A stretch of 53,683 nt of DNA, from the NCBI GenBank assembly GCA_966212015.1, contig CBIHPE010000002.1:1-53683 (forward strand). The letters are read 5' to 3'. A program made the translations under genes and the position numbers. Positions 53,205 to 53,683 of the stretch are shown piece by piece (position 1 is the first letter of the stretch; each line of letters starts with the position of its first letter). Under the pieces are notes generated by a model. The model had not been told where the DNA came from. It saw only the letters and a list, made by a program, of their open reading frames with translations, and searched no databases. The stretch comes from an uncultured Frankiales bacterium (GTDB lineage: Bacteria > Actinomycetota > Actinomycetes > Mycobacteriales > SCTD01).

Positions 53205-53683
53205 CGACCGCTCTCGACGAGGAGACCCTTGCCTTCGCCGGGGTCGCCGGCCAGCGACGGCTGCTCAGGCAGCGCGAGGTCACGGCCGTCGAGCTGCTCG
53301 AGACCTGCCTGCGCAGGATCGAGCGCCTCGACACGCGGCTGCGGGCGTTCCACACCGTCTTCGACGACAGCGCGCGCCAGGAGGCCCGCGCTGCCGACGA
53401 GGCGATCGCCGCCGGTGACGACCGTCCGCTGCTCGGCGTCCCCATCGCCGTCAAGGACTCGATGGCCGTCGCCGGTCACGTCGGCACCCTCGGCACCGGC
53501 TCGCCCGAGCCAGCGGCGCACCACGACAGCGAGATCGTCCGGCGGCTGCGCGCGGCAGGAGCGGTCATCATCGGTACGACGAAGCTGCCCGAGCTCGCCC
53601 TCTGGCCGTTCACGGAGTCTGCGACCTACGGCACCACGCGCAACCCCTGGGACCTGGCCCGCACACCGGGCGGCTCGTCCGGC
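53201..53683 (+). CDS. Amidase-signature family enzyme, N-terminal fragment (3' end lies outside the window)
   Basis: GTGA overlap with the upstream gene. PLLGVPIAVKD and the beginning of the GGSSG signature appear at the window edge. It is absent from the ORF track because no stop codon is reached. Confidence 0.82.
   Translation, partial: MTTALDEETLAFAGVAGQRRLLRQREVTAVELLETCLRRIERLDTRLRAFHTVFDDSARQEARAADEAIAAGDDRPLLGVPIAVKDSMAVAGHVGTLGTGSPEPAAHHDSEIVRRLRAAGAVIIGTTKLPELALWPFTESATYGTTRNPWDLARTPGGSSG

Noticed and set aside
1-53683. Search for mobile elements, prophage remnants, CRISPR arrays, toxin-antitoxin pairs, restriction-modification systems or other defence systems, and for tRNA or rRNA genes.
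   Set aside because: No transposase, integrase, recombinase, nuclease or helicase signatures, spaced direct-repeat arrays or tRNA-like T-arm sequences were seen. Composition is uniformly high-GC, and gene order matches conserved actinobacterial core neighbourhoods.

Overview
This is a 53.7-kb stretch of a very high-GC, actinobacterial-type chromosome. Genes are dense on both strands and many junctions overlap as GTGA, ATGA or TAGATG. I support about 66 protein-coding genes. I found no rRNA, tRNA, CRISPR array, transposase, integrase, phage gene or recognisable defence gene.

Content by block:
1. tldD/pmbA, a membrane protein, cspA and a DUF2237 gene.
2. A sulfate-assimilation locus split into divergent units. 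The minus strand carries cysC-cysD-cysN, a NitT/TauT-type ABC transporter and sirB. The plus strand carries sirA and a 50-aa zinc-ribbon ORF that is missing from the ORF track. cysH lies inverted further downstream.
3. Carotenoid genes in three pieces. The first is crtA-like/GNAT/crtI-like/cruF-like/GT2/crtD-like at 13-19.4 kb. The second is crtE-map-lipoprotein-crtI-crtB at 22.2-27.1 kb, followed by a sortase-anchored BNR protein. The third is the heterodimeric lycopene cyclase crtYc/Yd at 28.6-29.3 kb.
4. metF-SRPBCC-CDP-alcohol phosphatidyltransferase.
5. A gulonolactone-oxidase-like gene, and an HxlR-peroxiredoxin fusion regulator divergent from an MFS pump.
6. maf, dus and dxs.
7. glpD-tetR, divergent from an FAD-oxidase and a DAG-kinase gene.
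8. An RNA methyltransferase, APC permease, trkA-trkA and dut neighbourhood, with a split DipZ-like thioredoxin/CcdA pair inserted.

The region reads as core genome, and I do not see a convincing new defence or mobile system. The points most worth following up are:
- the five-gene overlapping operon that couples thiS-thiE to lycopene cyclase without a TPP riboswitch;
- the repeated non-coding motifs and a 132-nt inverted-repeat structure in the sulfur-gene control regions;
- the carotenoid tailoring cluster with several uncharacterised members;
- the HxlR-peroxiredoxin fusion;
- a pair of REP-like 53-nt palindromic repeats.

All functional calls come from reading the translated ORFs and motifs by eye. 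No database search was run.
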